From an uncultured Acidobacteriota bacterium (GTDB lineage: Bacteria > Acidobacteriota > UBA6911), in assembly GCA_963843575.1 (NCBI GenBank), contig CAWJKZ010000019.1, positions 128,001 through 192,000 on the forward strand: a DNA stretch of 64,000 nt, written 5' to 3'. The position numbers were made by a program, and so were the translations under genes. Shown here piece after piece: positions 22,801 through 33,391 of the stretch (positions within the stretch are counted from its first letter, which is position 1; every line of letters starts with the position of its first letter). The notes beneath the pieces were generated by a model. That model was given only the letters and a program-made list of their open reading frames with translations. It searched no databases and was not told where the DNA came from.

Positions 22801-23520
22801 ACGGTGTCTGCCTCCGCGCAACCCGGCACTGCCGGGGAAATCGACGCTCCGGCCCCGCTGGCGTTTGAAGCGGCCCTCGAGGCCCGAACAGTCGCCGGCG
22901 CGATACGCGCCAGGACCGCCTGCGTCTGCCTGGCGTTGACCTTCCAGGAGTTTCGGGACCTGATGGCCGGCAGCACGAGCCTCGTCGAGGGGTTCCTGCG
23001 CCTGTTGTGCGCGACCGGCACGGTCGACGTCGGGGCCCCCGTCGTGCGAGGCGACCCCGGCACCGCGCTGGCCGCTTCCGCGCTGGCCGCCGTCGACAAG
23101 GCGGTCCTCCTGGAATCCCTCCCCCCGTTTGCCGGGATCTCCCGGGAAGAGATGCTCGCCGCCGCAGCGGTGGTCGTGCCTCGGCGGTTCGCCGCCGGAG
23201 ACCGCATCGCCGGCGAGATGGATCCGCCCGTTCTGCACGTCGTCGTGTCCGGGTTGGTGCGCCTTGAGCCGAACGGCACCGACGGATCGGTCGACGCCGC
23301 TCCCGGGGACGCGATCGGCTTGTACCAGATGATCGCGGGCATACCGCTCGTGCGCGAGCTCCGCGCGGTCGAATCCTCGTTGACTCTCGTGCTGGAACGC
23401 GAAGACTACCTCGATCTGCTGACACAACGGCCGGAGTTCCTGCGTCAGACGTTGGCGCGGCTGTTCGTTCCGGACGCCGGCCAGGCGGCTCCCGCCGCGC
23501 AGAGCGGCGCTGCCTTGTGA
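19858..23520 (+). CDS. Npt1/Npt2 (TLC/NTT) family nucleotide transporter fused to HEAT repeats and cyclic-nucleotide-binding-like domains
   Basis: About 12 TM N-terminus with SQFWIFANLIYDPRQAKRLFG and SLRYTVDKTTREILF; HEAT repeats (LLKDPEPEVRMAAV); two C-terminal cNMP-like segments (LSALPVFA, LESLPPFA). Confidence 0.88.
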   Translation: MKSPGVLSRLAKFEAGEFTTAAMMLAYSFFAMASYNVIKPVTRSKVIDNLGSINIPFIQLAAGILIGFIMIGYGWLIGRLPRRWGLPITQFGIVGLLILFWFMFQLEGNWVSVAFYLLGTTVGILLISQFWIFANLIYDPRQAKRLFGFIGAGAPLGGFVGYAITGRYAKSLGSTNLLPISAACMAVCALIVVAIIRREGVSGFAPVRAKKGVGGNHAIELLRESKHLQIIALVISFASIGAAVVEQQVNMAAEATAGSESAIAGFLGTLGAWTSAIGFVIQILLTSQIHRFLGIGFALMILPVTLGTTGFVILLNAALWAPGLARVLDQSLRYTVDKTTREILFMPLPAEIKMQAKPFVDVTVDRVAKGVSALLLLVLVQPWGLHLSWQKLSYASLTLTVLWIFMAVRARRGYLEAFRRSIEAHEVRPAEIRLAVADLQTVEMLVEELSGTEPRRVLYAMEILESLGKNNLVTPLLLYHESPEIRVRALSMLGGATPEAALRWLPGIRRLLKDPEPEVRMAAVVALAGIESVDVTEIVRPLLRETNSRIAMTAAMILSRSRRPEDVAEAEQVLRGLAGDPRDSAVETRKELAAALRQERTPRFRRLLVPLLMDNSIEVAQEALRSVRRMSDDDCIFVPTLVALLRNPRLKGGARDLLVDCGEGVIDILGSFLREQEEDLAVRVAIPGTIARIPSPRSADVLLDALGYAGEPLRRSVIAGLETLRRRNPDLTFRRDPVAQLVLQECEAASRYARYAACCGHDGPAARLLARALREKAERSAEQVCRLLGLVYPWKDIAAARVAIDRGGASKARALEYLDNLMPSALRRHVLPVLEKSWVAAAPTDQEKRAQVMGELILDPDPVVSSAAADWVWSARSAVHRRELEQVRSEQGTRGWEPVEAASWVLRALQLPEERVHELWVEPFPTVEIAARLSALPVFAAVPVEDLFHIARTGRQVRHAPGSTVYADGAVADEIQFLLKGTVSASAQPGTAGEIDAPAPLAFEAALEARTVAGAIRARTACVCLALTFQEFRDLMAGSTSLVEGFLRLLCATGTVDVGAPVVRGDPGTALAASALAAVDKAVLLESLPPFAGISREEMLAAAAVVVPRRFAAGDRIAGEMDPPVLHVVVSGLVRLEPNGTDGSVDAAPGDAIGLYQMIAGIPLVRELRAVESSLTLVLEREDYLDLLTQRPEFLRQTLARLFVPDAGQAAPAAQSGAAL

Positions 23521-23554
23521 TCCGGGAGGTCGCGTCCCGGCGGAGAGTGTGGAT

Positions 23555-23920
23555 ATGAAGACAGCGGAGTCTCCTGCCGAGACGAGGCGAAGCCGGAACC
23601 CGTTCCGGTTTTTCGCCACCGGGGCCGACGGGCCGCCTCTCACCGATCCTGACCAGATCGCGCGGATGTACGCGCGCTACCGCTTGTCGATCATGGTGGC
23701 CATCACGGTCGGCTACGGCGTCTCCTACACCTGCCGGCTCGGCCTCTCGGTCGTCAAAAAGCCGCTGATCGACGGCGGCATCTTCACCGCCGACGACCTT
23801 GGATTGATCGGCTCCGGGATCTTCTACGGCTACGCGTTTGGCAAACTCGTCAACGGGTTTCTCGCCGATCACGCCAACGTCCGCAAGTTCCTGACCGCGG
23901 GGGTTCTGCTGTCGGCGCTC
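23555..23920 (+). pseudogene. 5' fragment of a GlpT/UhpC-type MFS organophosphate transporter
   Basis: GYGVSYTCRLGLSVVKKPL and YAFGKLVNGFLADHANVRKF; similarity stops at the stop codon of the convergent PfkB gene, after about 120 of roughly 440 expected residues. Confidence 0.8.
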
Positions 23921-24815
23921 AGAGTTGCCGGTACTGCTCGCGGATCAGCTTCTCCACGTCCGCCACCGGCCTCCTGATCGGGCCCTCCGCTTCCATCTTG
24001 AGGCTGGTGACGGCGGCGGCCCAGACCGTGGCTTCATCCGGCGACGCGGTCAGGCGTTTGGCGACGTAGGACCCTATGCAGGTGTCGCCCCTCCCGCTGC
24101 GCCCGACCAGCGCGCGCGGCCGGAACGGCGCTTCGTGGAACTTTCCTTCCGCCAATACAAGCACGCCGTCACGGTGGGTCAGAACGACCTCGCGCGGACC
24201 CCAGCCGGCGATCTGCCGGGCCGCCGCCCTGATGTCGCCCTCCCCGGTCAGCATCTCCGCCTCCACCGCGTCGGTTTTCAGGATGTCGATGTGCGAGAGG
24301 AACTCCTGCTTCTCCGGCCACGGGTCGTACGTCAGGTTGCCGTCGGGCGCAATGGTCCGGATGAACCCCTGCACGTCCGCGGCAATCAGCGATCCCGGCC
24401 GCTTCAATTCCAGAATAACCGCAAGACCCACCTCGCCATGGGTGGAGGCGTTGATGAGGAATGCGCGGGCGCTCAGACCCTTCACCTCCTCGGGCCCAAA
24501 GCAACCGGCGGTCCGCGTCACGGTCAGAACACGCTGATCCGGGTCGGAGGTTGGGTAGTACAGGAGCAGCGTCGTCGAATCCGGCGTGAAAGTCGGGAAG
24601 ACGTCCACCCCGAGCTTCTCGAGCGCCTGGACGACGCGGATGTCGTCACGGGACAGGCGGGTCACCGCGGCGGTCTTCAGCCCCATCATGGATGCGACGT
24701 GCGCCCCATAGTTGAAACCGCCCCCGTCGACCAGCCGGGTGCCCGAAGCGGAGACGATCGTGTCCTTGGTGTAGTTGCCGATGATGACGATGTCGTAGAC
24801 CCGCCCTTCGCTCAT
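23919..24815 (-). CDS. PfkB family carbohydrate kinase
   Basis: GNYTKD, GGG, DVQGFIR and GRSGRGDT (anion hole); strong GGAGGA RBS. Confidence 0.88.
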   Translation of the reverse strand: MSEGRVYDIVIIGNYTKDTIVSASGTRLVDGGGFNYGAHVASMMGLKTAAVTRLSRDDIRVVQALEKLGVDVFPTFTPDSTTLLLYYPTSDPDQRVLTVTRTAGCFGPEEVKGLSARAFLINASTHGEVGLAVILELKRPGSLIAADVQGFIRTIAPDGNLTYDPWPEKQEFLSHIDILKTDAVEAEMLTGEGDIRAAARQIAGWGPREVVLTHRDGVLVLAEGKFHEAPFRPRALVGRSGRGDTCIGSYVAKRLTASPDEATVWAAAVTSLKMEAEGPIRRPVADVEKLIREQYRQL

Positions 24816-24848
24816 GATGCTTCCTCCTCCCGCATTTCAGCATTACAC

Positions 24849-24952
24849 GTGGGTCCGGGCTTCAGCCCGGACGCTGTTTGCGGTCGCTGTACGGTGCGCC
24901 TGTTGCTACATAGCTCGGGTCAAAAGACGTCCGGGCTGAAGCCCGGACCCAC
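24849..24952. repeat. Repeat family A REP doublet, copy 3, overlapping the folC 3' end
   Basis: Inverted units gtgggtccgggcttcagcccggacg and cgtccgggctgaagcccggacccac. Confidence 0.9.
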
Positions 24953-26230
24953 GTGGGGTAGCAGCTCACCCACCAGATAGAGCGATCCGGTGACGACGAC
25001 CAGGCCCCCGCGGGGGCATTCCCCCCAGGCGGCTTCGAGCGCTTCCCGGGAGTTCGCATGCGTGCGGATGCGCTTCCGAGAGCGCGGGTGGAGGGCCGCA
25101 ATGTCGGCGGGTTCAGCGGTCCGGGTGTTCGACATGCGGGTGAGGTGGATGGTCTCGGCCAGGGGGAAAATGGCGCGGCCCATCGCGGCGATGTCCTTGT
25201 CCCGCACGGCTCCGAACACTAGGTGTATCCTGGTTTCGCCCTCCTCGATCAGGTAGTCCCGCAGCAATCGTGCGCCCTCGACGTTGTGCGCTCCGTCCAG
25301 GAGGGTGCGGCGGCGCGCCGGGTACTCGTCCAGGCGTCCCGGCCAACGCGTGCGGGCCAGCCCGGCGCGCACGGACCGGAGGTCAGCGGGCGATCCCATG
25401 CACTCGAGTGCCGCGACGGCGAGCGCCGCGTTTCGGCTCTGGTGCCTGCCGGCCAGGGACAGGCGGAGGCCCGGGTAAAGGCCTTTCGGCGTTGCGAGGT
25501 CGAAGGTGCAGCGTCCGCGCCGGATGCCGCGGATCTCCAGCCAGCAGTCGCGGTCGGCATCGAGCAGGGGGGCGCCTACCTCGCGGGCTTTCCTGCGCAG
25601 GACGCTCCGCGCCTCGACCGGCTGGCGGCCTATCGCGACGGGCACGCCGGGCTTGATGATGCCGGCCTTCTCGGCGGCGATCTCGGCCAGGGTCTCGCCG
25701 AGCAGCCACTGGTGATCGTACGAGATCCCCGTGATCGCACACGTCGACGGCTGGACGATGTTGGTGGCGTCGTGCAACCCCCCAAGCCCGACTTCGAGCA
25801 CGGCCACGTCGATCTTGTCGCGGGCGAACTGCAGGAACGCGCACGCGGTGACGAACTCGAAATACGTGAGCGGCCGCCCCAGGGAACCGCTGCGCAGCAG
25901 CCGCGCCTCGTGCCGCCGCACGTCGGAGGCCACTTCCCCGAACGCCTGTGCCGAAACGGGTTCGCCGGCGATGCGAATACGTTCCTCCAGCCGGACCAGG
26001 TGAGGTGATGTGTACAGGCCCGTCCTGCGCCCGGCGTGGCGCAGGATCGACTCCGTCATTGCCGCGACGCTTCCCTTGCCGTTGGTCCCGGCGATGTGGA
26101 GAGAAGGGTAGTCCTGCTGCGGGTCGCCCAACGCCCGCATGACGGTGGCGATGCGGTCGAGCCCGAGGTCGATGTTCTGGACCTCGTTGCCACGGCGCCG
26201 CAATTCATCGAGGAGTTCGCCGTAATTCAA
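24920..26230 (-). CDS. folC: Bifunctional folylpolyglutamate synthase/dihydrofolate synthase
   Basis: HIAGTNGKGS, YTSPHL, EVGLGG, WPGR, LDGAHN and VTGSLYLVGE. Confidence 0.95.
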   Translation of the reverse strand: MNYGELLDELRRRGNEVQNIDLGLDRIATVMRALGDPQQDYPSLHIAGTNGKGSVAAMTESILRHAGRRTGLYTSPHLVRLEERIRIAGEPVSAQAFGEVASDVRRHEARLLRSGSLGRPLTYFEFVTACAFLQFARDKIDVAVLEVGLGGLHDATNIVQPSTCAITGISYDHQWLLGETLAEIAAEKAGIIKPGVPVAIGRQPVEARSVLRRKAREVGAPLLDADRDCWLEIRGIRRGRCTFDLATPKGLYPGLRLSLAGRHQSRNAALAVAALECMGSPADLRSVRAGLARTRWPGRLDEYPARRRTLLDGAHNVEGARLLRDYLIEEGETRIHLVFGAVRDKDIAAMGRAIFPLAETIHLTRMSNTRTAEPADIAALHPRSRKRIRTHANSREALEAAWGECPRGGLVVVTGSLYLVGELLPHVGPGFSPDVF

Positions 26231-26236
26231 GGACGC

Positions 26237-27085
26237 TCAGGCGACGAAGAAGTTCAATGCGTTGATGAGGTAGTTGCGCAGCGCGCGACGGTCCACGATC
26301 GCGTCGATCATGCCGTGCTCGAGCAGGAACTCGGACCGCTGGAATCCCTTCGGCAGCTTCTGGCGAATGGTCTGCTCGATCACGCGGGGCCCGGCGAAGC
26401 CGATCAGGGCTCCGGGTTCGGCGATGTTCAGATCCCCGAGCATGGCGAAACTCGCCGTGACCCCGCCCGTCGTGGGATCCGTCAGGACCGATATGTAGGG
26501 GACGCGGGCGTCGTCGAGCCGGCTCAGCGCGGCGCTGACCTTCGCCATCTGCATCAGCGACAGGACGCCCTCGTGCATCCGAGCTCCACCCGAGGCGGAC
26601 ACGATGATCAGCGGCAGCCTGTCGTGCGCCGCCTTTTCGATCGCGAGAGTCACCATTTCGCCGACCACCGACCCCATCGAGCCGCCGATGAAGTGGTATT
26701 CCATCGCGCAGATCAGGGTGTCGCGACCCCCGAATTTCCCCACGGCGTTCACGACGGCGTCATTCAGCCCGGTGGCTTTGCGGGCAGACTGCAGCTTGGC
26801 CGAGTAGGGCTGCCGGTCTATGAATTTGAGCGGGTCGTTTGAGAACAGGTCGGTGTTCAGCGTCTGAAACGCCCCGTCGTCGAACAGCATCCGGAGCCGA
26901 TCCAGGGCGTGGATCTTGAAATGGTGAGTGCACTTGGGGCAGACCATGTTGTTGGCGTCGAGGTCCTTCTTCCAGATGATCGCCCGGCAGCCGTTGCACT
27001 TGATCCACAGCCCCTCCGTGCGTACGGTCTTGTCCTCCTCTTTGGTGGAGGGAATGGGGCCTTTTTCCTTCTTGAACCAGCTCAT
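26237..27085 (-). CDS. accD: Acetyl-CoA carboxylase carboxyltransferase beta subunit
   Basis: GLWIKC zinc finger, GGSMGSVVGE, SGGARMHEG and PTTGGVTASFA. Confidence 0.97.
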   Translation of the reverse strand: MSWFKKEKGPIPSTKEEDKTVRTEGLWIKCNGCRAIIWKKDLDANNMVCPKCTHHFKIHALDRLRMLFDDGAFQTLNTDLFSNDPLKFIDRQPYSAKLQSARKATGLNDAVVNAVGKFGGRDTLICAMEYHFIGGSMGSVVGEMVTLAIEKAAHDRLPLIIVSASGGARMHEGVLSLMQMAKVSAALSRLDDARVPYISVLTDPTTGGVTASFAMLGDLNIAEPGALIGFAGPRVIEQTIRQKLPKGFQRSEFLLEHGMIDAIVDRRALRNYLINALNFFVA

Positions 27086-27095
27086 ATTTCGAGGA

Positions 27096-27545
27096 TCAGC
27101 CGCGCCCACGCCGCGGCGTCGAGTTTGGCGGTGTGTCCGACATTTTTCGCAACAGGTGTACCAGCCCCCAGCGTTCCTCCTCGGTCAGCTTCCCCTCGAA
27201 AGGCGGCATCGCGGGCTTGTCTCCCCTGGTCACAACCCAGTAGATCTGGCCGTCGGTTAGTGCGGACAGGACGGAGGGATCGCTCAGATCCGCAGGCCGG
27301 TCCCTCAGCATTCCCGCTGTCGCGCCGTCCCCCCTGCCCGTGCGGCCGTGGCACTCGGAGCAGCTTTGGTCGTAAGTCGACCTGGCCTTCGCCAGCACCG
27401 ACTCCGTCAAGGCAACAGGGTTCGCCCGTCCGACGAGTCCCTCGGGCGGGGGTTCCTCCGGCCCGGAACAGCGCAGGCCCCCGGCCGCCAGCACCAGAAC
27501 CGCGGCGACGAAGGCCCCGCCCGCGGGTTGTATCCTCCGAACCAC
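27096..27545 (-). CDS. Monoheme c-type cytochrome, possible lipoprotein
   Basis: CSECHGRTGRGDG (CxxCH), axial Met in AMPPF, hydrophobic N-terminus ending GLRC. Start codon uncertain. Confidence 0.8.
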   Translation of the reverse strand: MVRRIQPAGGAFVAAVLVLAAGGLRCSGPEEPPPEGLVGRANPVALTESVLAKARSTYDQSCSECHGRTGRGDGATAGMLRDRPADLSDPSVLSALTDGQIYWVVTRGDKPAMPPFEGKLTEEERWGLVHLLRKMSDTPPNSTPRRGRG

Positions 27546-27820
27546 ATTCGACAAAAAGCACCCGTCCAAGATCTGCTGCCTTATGCCCGCGCCGGTCGGA
27601 GCCGATATCTTATCACAGTTGCAGGGCGAGGAACTGTCGTTAGCGGACTGCCGGAAGCGCAAAACCGTCGCCCCGCCCGATCGGATCCCGGTTCCCCCGA
27701 TTGAATTCGATGGGGATGTTGACCTAAACTATGACCGTCGGTTCTGAACTGCGGGGCATGTCCGCCCCACTCCTTGGTGGCAAGATCCGGGTGCTCGCCC
27801 ATCTCAACGGAGAACCACAA

Positions 27821-28786
27821 ATGAAACGTCGTAAACTGATTCTGTTTTGCCTGCTGTCGGTTCTTGCCGGCAGCATCAGCGGCAACGCCGCAGACGCGAA
27901 GAAGAGAGTCGCGCTGTTGGACTTTGATTTTGCGACCGTGCAGCATTGGTGGTCGGGGAACTGGGATATTGGCAAGGGTATCGCCGATCTGATCGTCACC
28001 AACCTCGTCAAGGACGGCACCCTTTCGGTGATCGAGCGCAAGAAGCTGGATTCCATCCTGCAGGAGCAGAACTTCTCGAACTCGGACCGCGCCAACCCCA
28101 CGAGCGCTGCCAAGGTCGGCAAAGTCCTCGGGGTGAACGCGATCGTCGTCGGCTCCATCACACAGTTCGGGCTCGAAGACAAGTCCATGAATCTCGGCGG
28201 GATTGGGGGCAGACTCGGTTCCTGGGGCGCCGGCAGGGTCGGCAAGAAAGAAGGCAAGGCCTCGGTCGCCATCGACGCGCGGCTCGTAGACGTCAACACC
28301 GGGGAAGTGCTTGCGGTCGCCAGTGGCAAGGGGAGCTCGAAACGTTCCGGCATGCTGCTCGGCGGCGGCGGCGGCGGAGGAGGAGGGTTCGGTGCCGGGG
28401 GCATCGACATGGGCAGCAGCAACTTCCAGGACACGATCCTCGGCGAGGCCACCCGCACCGCGGTTGAAGACCTCACCGCCCAGCTGATTGCACAGGCGGG
28501 GAAAGTGGAAGCGAGCACCGTGACGATAGATGGCATGATAGCCGACGCCACCGGCGGCACCATCATCCTGAATGTCGGCAAGGCCTCAGGCGTTTCCGTC
28601 GGGATGAAGCTGGCCGTCGAGAGAGTCGGACGCGAGGTGAAAGACCCCGCGACCGGCAAGGTGCTGCGCAAGATTACCTCCCCGGTCGGCGAAGTCGAGG
28701 TCACCGAGGTCGACGAGGGTTCCGCTGTCGCGAGAGTCGTCTCGGGATCCGGATTCAAGGTCGGCGACTTGGTGAAGTCCAAATAG
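27821..28786 (+). CDS. CsgG/HfaB family exported protein with FlgT-like C-terminus
   Basis: Signal peptide; KKRVALLDFD, VIERKKLDSILQEQ, GSITQFG and ARLVDVNTGEV; C-terminal REVKDPATGKVL. Confidence 0.82.
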   Translation: MKRRKLILFCLLSVLAGSISGNAADAKKRVALLDFDFATVQHWWSGNWDIGKGIADLIVTNLVKDGTLSVIERKKLDSILQEQNFSNSDRANPTSAAKVGKVLGVNAIVVGSITQFGLEDKSMNLGGIGGRLGSWGAGRVGKKEGKASVAIDARLVDVNTGEVLAVASGKGSSKRSGMLLGGGGGGGGGFGAGGIDMGSSNFQDTILGEATRTAVEDLTAQLIAQAGKVEASTVTIDGMIADATGGTIILNVGKASGVSVGMKLAVERVGREVKDPATGKVLRKITSPVGEVEVTEVDEGSAVARVVSGSGFKVGDLVKSK

Positions 28787-28845
28787 ACAGGCGCAGCGGC
28801 GCATCTCGATCAAGGCGGCCTGGACTCTCAACCGGATTGCAGGGT

Positions 28846-28903
28846 GGGCGCTGCAATGTCGCGATTTCGGGATGGCGCCGGGGTGCCGGAGCGCCGCACT
28901 TCG
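28846..28903. repeat. Degenerate internal segment of repeat family B
   Basis: gggcgctgcaatgtcgcgatttcgggatggcgccggggtgccggagcgccgcacttc resembles 38411-38458 and the reverse complement of 6770-6820. Confidence 0.55.
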
Positions 28904-29602
28904 GATTTACTCCTGCCGGAAATGGTACTGCTCGCGGGCGGGACATTTCTGATGGGCAGCGCCTCAGGTCGGGAGGATGAAGCTCCACCGCACACGGTGG
29001 AGCTTCATTCGTTTTGGATTGCCCGATTCGCGGTGACCAACCGCGAATACGGCGTTTACGCTCAAGACAACCCGATCACGCTACCCGAGACCTGGCACGA
29101 CCCGGCCTTCAACGCCCCCCGCCAGCCGGTGGTGGCTGTCTCGTGGCAGGACGCCGCGTGCTATTGCGCTTGGCTGTGCAGCGTCTCCGGGCTGGGCTAC
29201 CGGCTGCCGAGCGAAGCGGAAAGGGAGTACGCCTGCCGCGCAGGGAGCTCCACCGCCTATCCCTGGGGCGACAACCCCTCCCGGGATGCAGGGGAGTACG
29301 GCCGCGGCTGGGACGCGGGAAGGCCCGAAGAGGCCGGCGGCCCTCCCAACGCTTTCGGCCTGTGCAATATGGCGGACAACGTCCACGAGTGGTGCGCGGA
29401 CTGGTATGGCCGGGATTACTATCGGGTCAGCCCGGGGCTGGACCCGCAAGGCCCGGAGGGCGGGGTGCGCAAAGTGTCGCGCGGCGGGTCGTGGCGTCAC
29501 AAAGTCAAGGTGACCCGCAGTTCGGCGCGCAGCTCGCTCCCCCCTGAGTACCGCTACTCGGATTTCGGGTTCCGGGTGGCGCGCTCACTCGAAATTCTCT
29601 GA
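28856..29602 (+). CDS. Formylglycine-generating enzyme (SUMF1/EgtB/PvdO) family protein lacking the FGE catalytic cysteines
   Basis: [42 protein letters not shown] and GFRVA. Start codon uncertain. Confidence 0.85.
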   Translation: MSRFRDGAGVPERRTSDLLLPEMVLLAGGTFLMGSASGREDEAPPHTVELHSFWIARFAVTNREYGVYAQDNPITLPETWHDPAFNAPRQPVVAVSWQDAACYCAWLCSVSGLGYRLPSEAEREYACRAGSSTAYPWGDNPSRDAGEYGRGWDAGRPEEAGGPPNAFGLCNMADNVHEWCADWYGRDYYRVSPGLDPQGPEGGVRKVSRGGSWRHKVKVTRSSARSSLPPEYRYSDFGFRVARSLEIL

Positions 29603-29612
29603 GCCTCCGCCC

Positions 29613-31675
<2,063 letters not shown>

Positions 31676-31691
31676 GCTGTAAGCTTAACAG

Positions 31692-31885
31692 CAGGAGCCG
31701 GAAGCCCCAAGGCGGAAGCCGGAAGCCCGAAGCCGGACCAGCCGGGCATCGAGGCTCAGGGCTCCCGTGCGCGCCGATCCCCCGGGCCCGCGCGCATCAC
31801 GCGTGGATCGGAATCCCCGAGCCGGCAGTTCAAGTTCGGCTTCGGGGCTCCCGGCTTCCGTCTCCCGGCTTCCGTCTCCCGATTT
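31692..31885. repeat. Inverted arrays of imperfect heptamer repeats (CGGAAGC)n / (GGCTTCC, GTCTCCC)n
   Basis: cggaagc cccaagg cggaagc cggaagc ccgaagc within 31692-31740; complementary array at 31836-31885. Confidence 0.75.
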
Positions 31886-32256
31886 TTGGCTGCTTCGACG
31901 ATGCTGCGGAGGCCTCCCCGCGGGGTAAACTCGCCACGCACCTTCATTTCCACGGGCTGGCAGGCGTCGACGAGGTCCCTCAGGATGCGGTTGACGGCGT
32001 TTTCGTAAAAGATCCCGACGTTGCGGTAGGCGTTGATGTATTCCTTGAGGGACTTCAGTTCGAGGCACCACCGGTCGGGGATGTAGGTCACGGTCAGGGT
32101 GCCGAAATCCGGCAGGCCTGTTTTCGGGCAGATGGCGGTGTATTCGGGAATCACGATCTGTATTTCGTATGACGGGAACTGGTTTTCCCAGCATTCGATG
32201 CGGGGCAACGGCGTCTCCAGGCCCGCGCGCGCATGCTCCTCCGTGTATCGCCTCAT
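31756..32256 (-). CDS. queF: preQ1 synthase (7-cyano-7-deazaguanine reductase, short type)
   Basis: PEYTAICPKTGLPDFG, ELKSLKEY and FTPRGG. The last ~40 aa run through the heptamer repeat. Confidence 0.93.
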   Translation of the reverse strand: MRRYTEEHARAGLETPLPRIECWENQFPSYEIQIVIPEYTAICPKTGLPDFGTLTVTYIPDRWCLELKSLKEYINAYRNVGIFYENAVNRILRDLVDACQPVEMKVRGEFTPRGGLRSIVEAAKNRETEAGRRKPGAPKPNLNCRLGDSDPRVMRAGPGDRRAREP

Positions 32257-32398
32257 GCGGCTAAGTTAACACACCCGCCGACGGAATTCCTGTGCCCCGC
32301 CGTGGGTATTTGCCTGCGATAAAGAAATCCCCCATCCCCGCCGATGAGTTTGACGTGCTCCGTCCTGTTGTGCACCCACATCCGATCGAGTGAGACCC

Positions 32399-33091
32399 AT
32401 GCGAACGAAGGGCCCGAACACCCTGTTTATCGCTGCCCCGAAGCTGAACCAGCTCAATCTGCTGAAGGAGCTTGCGCTGGATCCACACCTGACGCAGGCG
32501 GAACTGGCGCGGCGCTGCGACCTGTCGGTGTCGATGGTCAACAACTACATGAAGGAGTTCTGCACGCTCGGTTGGCTGCAATACCATCGCAAGACCACCA
32601 AGACGGTCTCCTACCACGTCACGGCGGCCGGCGACAGCCGGCTCAAGTCCGTGCAGCACGAACTCATCAACGAGGTCGCCGACCTGGTCGCCCGGGCCAA
32701 GGAGCGCATCCTGGCCGTGATCCTGGAAAGCACCCACGAGAGACCCCGCCGGGTCATCCTCTACGGCAGCGGCGTCCTCGCCGAGATGACCTTCCACGCC
32801 CTGGAGTCGGCGGGCATCGCCGTGGTCGGGATCTGCGACGACGATCCGGCAAAACTCGGCGACGACTGGCTGGGCAGGGAGATTCTCAACCCACTGCAGA
32901 TCCGTTTCCTGGACCCGGACGCGGTCATCTTCGCCTCGGAAGGCGGGTCGACCGCGTGCGACGTCGAGGGTACGCTGCGTCACATCGAAGAACGTGGCAT
33001 CGACTTGGTTCGCCTCGGCCGGGCCACGGGCCAGGGGGTTTCCCCAGGCCTCGCCGCCGAGGACCGTCTCCAGTCCCTCACCATCGGCTAG
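32399..33091 (+). CDS. Winged-helix (MarR/AsnC-like) transcription regulator with a C-terminal Rossmann-like domain
   Basis: TQAELARRCDLSVSMVNNY helix-turn-helix and YHVTAAG wing; VILYGSG...VVGICDD Rossmann-like motif. Confidence 0.75.
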   Translation: MRTKGPNTLFIAAPKLNQLNLLKELALDPHLTQAELARRCDLSVSMVNNYMKEFCTLGWLQYHRKTTKTVSYHVTAAGDSRLKSVQHELINEVADLVARAKERILAVILESTHERPRRVILYGSGVLAEMTFHALESAGIAVVGICDDDPAKLGDDWLGREILNPLQIRFLDPDAVIFASEGGSTACDVEGTLRHIEERGIDLVRLGRATGQGVSPGLAAEDRLQSLTIG

Positions 33092-33124
33092 CGTCCACAC
33101 ACGTAGGGTCAATTGCAGGAGCAA

Positions 33125-33350
33125 AGACGTTCTTTCGGACGCTGACCCACGGAGATCAAAGACAAAGGCATTGGTGACAGGCCGCGGCAGTCCTGTGTGC
33201 CCGAGGCAGCCCTCGTGGCGGAATGCCGGGCGCCGCCGATCCGCGTGAACCCGTCCAATCCGTGAAAATCCGCGTTCTGCTTTTGCTCCTGTCTTCCTTG
33301 ACCGGTCCAGACGCAGATGAACACCGATCACCGCCGCGCTTCGAGAGCTT
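33125..33350. repeat. Repeat family D (MITE-like, 9-nt periodic ATCCGCGTG core), copy 1
   Basis: 33209-33307 aligns directly with 36150-36248 and inversely with about 36385-36445. Confidence 0.75.
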
Positions 33351-33391
33351 TTGTTTTGCGGCGGCCGACCGCACCGTGATAAACATGAACC

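Noticed and set aside
28361-28400. (GGC)n run in the CsgG-like gene as a phase-variable tract
   Set aside because: Triplet repeat encoding a Gly loop; slippage would keep the frame.
27821-28786. Curli biogenesis operon
   Set aside because: No csgA/B/E/F-like neighbours; stand-alone CsgG/HfaB-fold genes are common.
28856-29602. FGE-fold gene ending in GFRV as a diversity-generating retroelement target
   Set aside because: No template repeat of its 3' end and no reverse transcriptase in the window.
32257-32345. preQ1 riboswitch upstream of queF
   Set aside because: No recognisable aptamer or A-rich tail; a -10 box sits 6 nt from the ATG, suggesting no leader.
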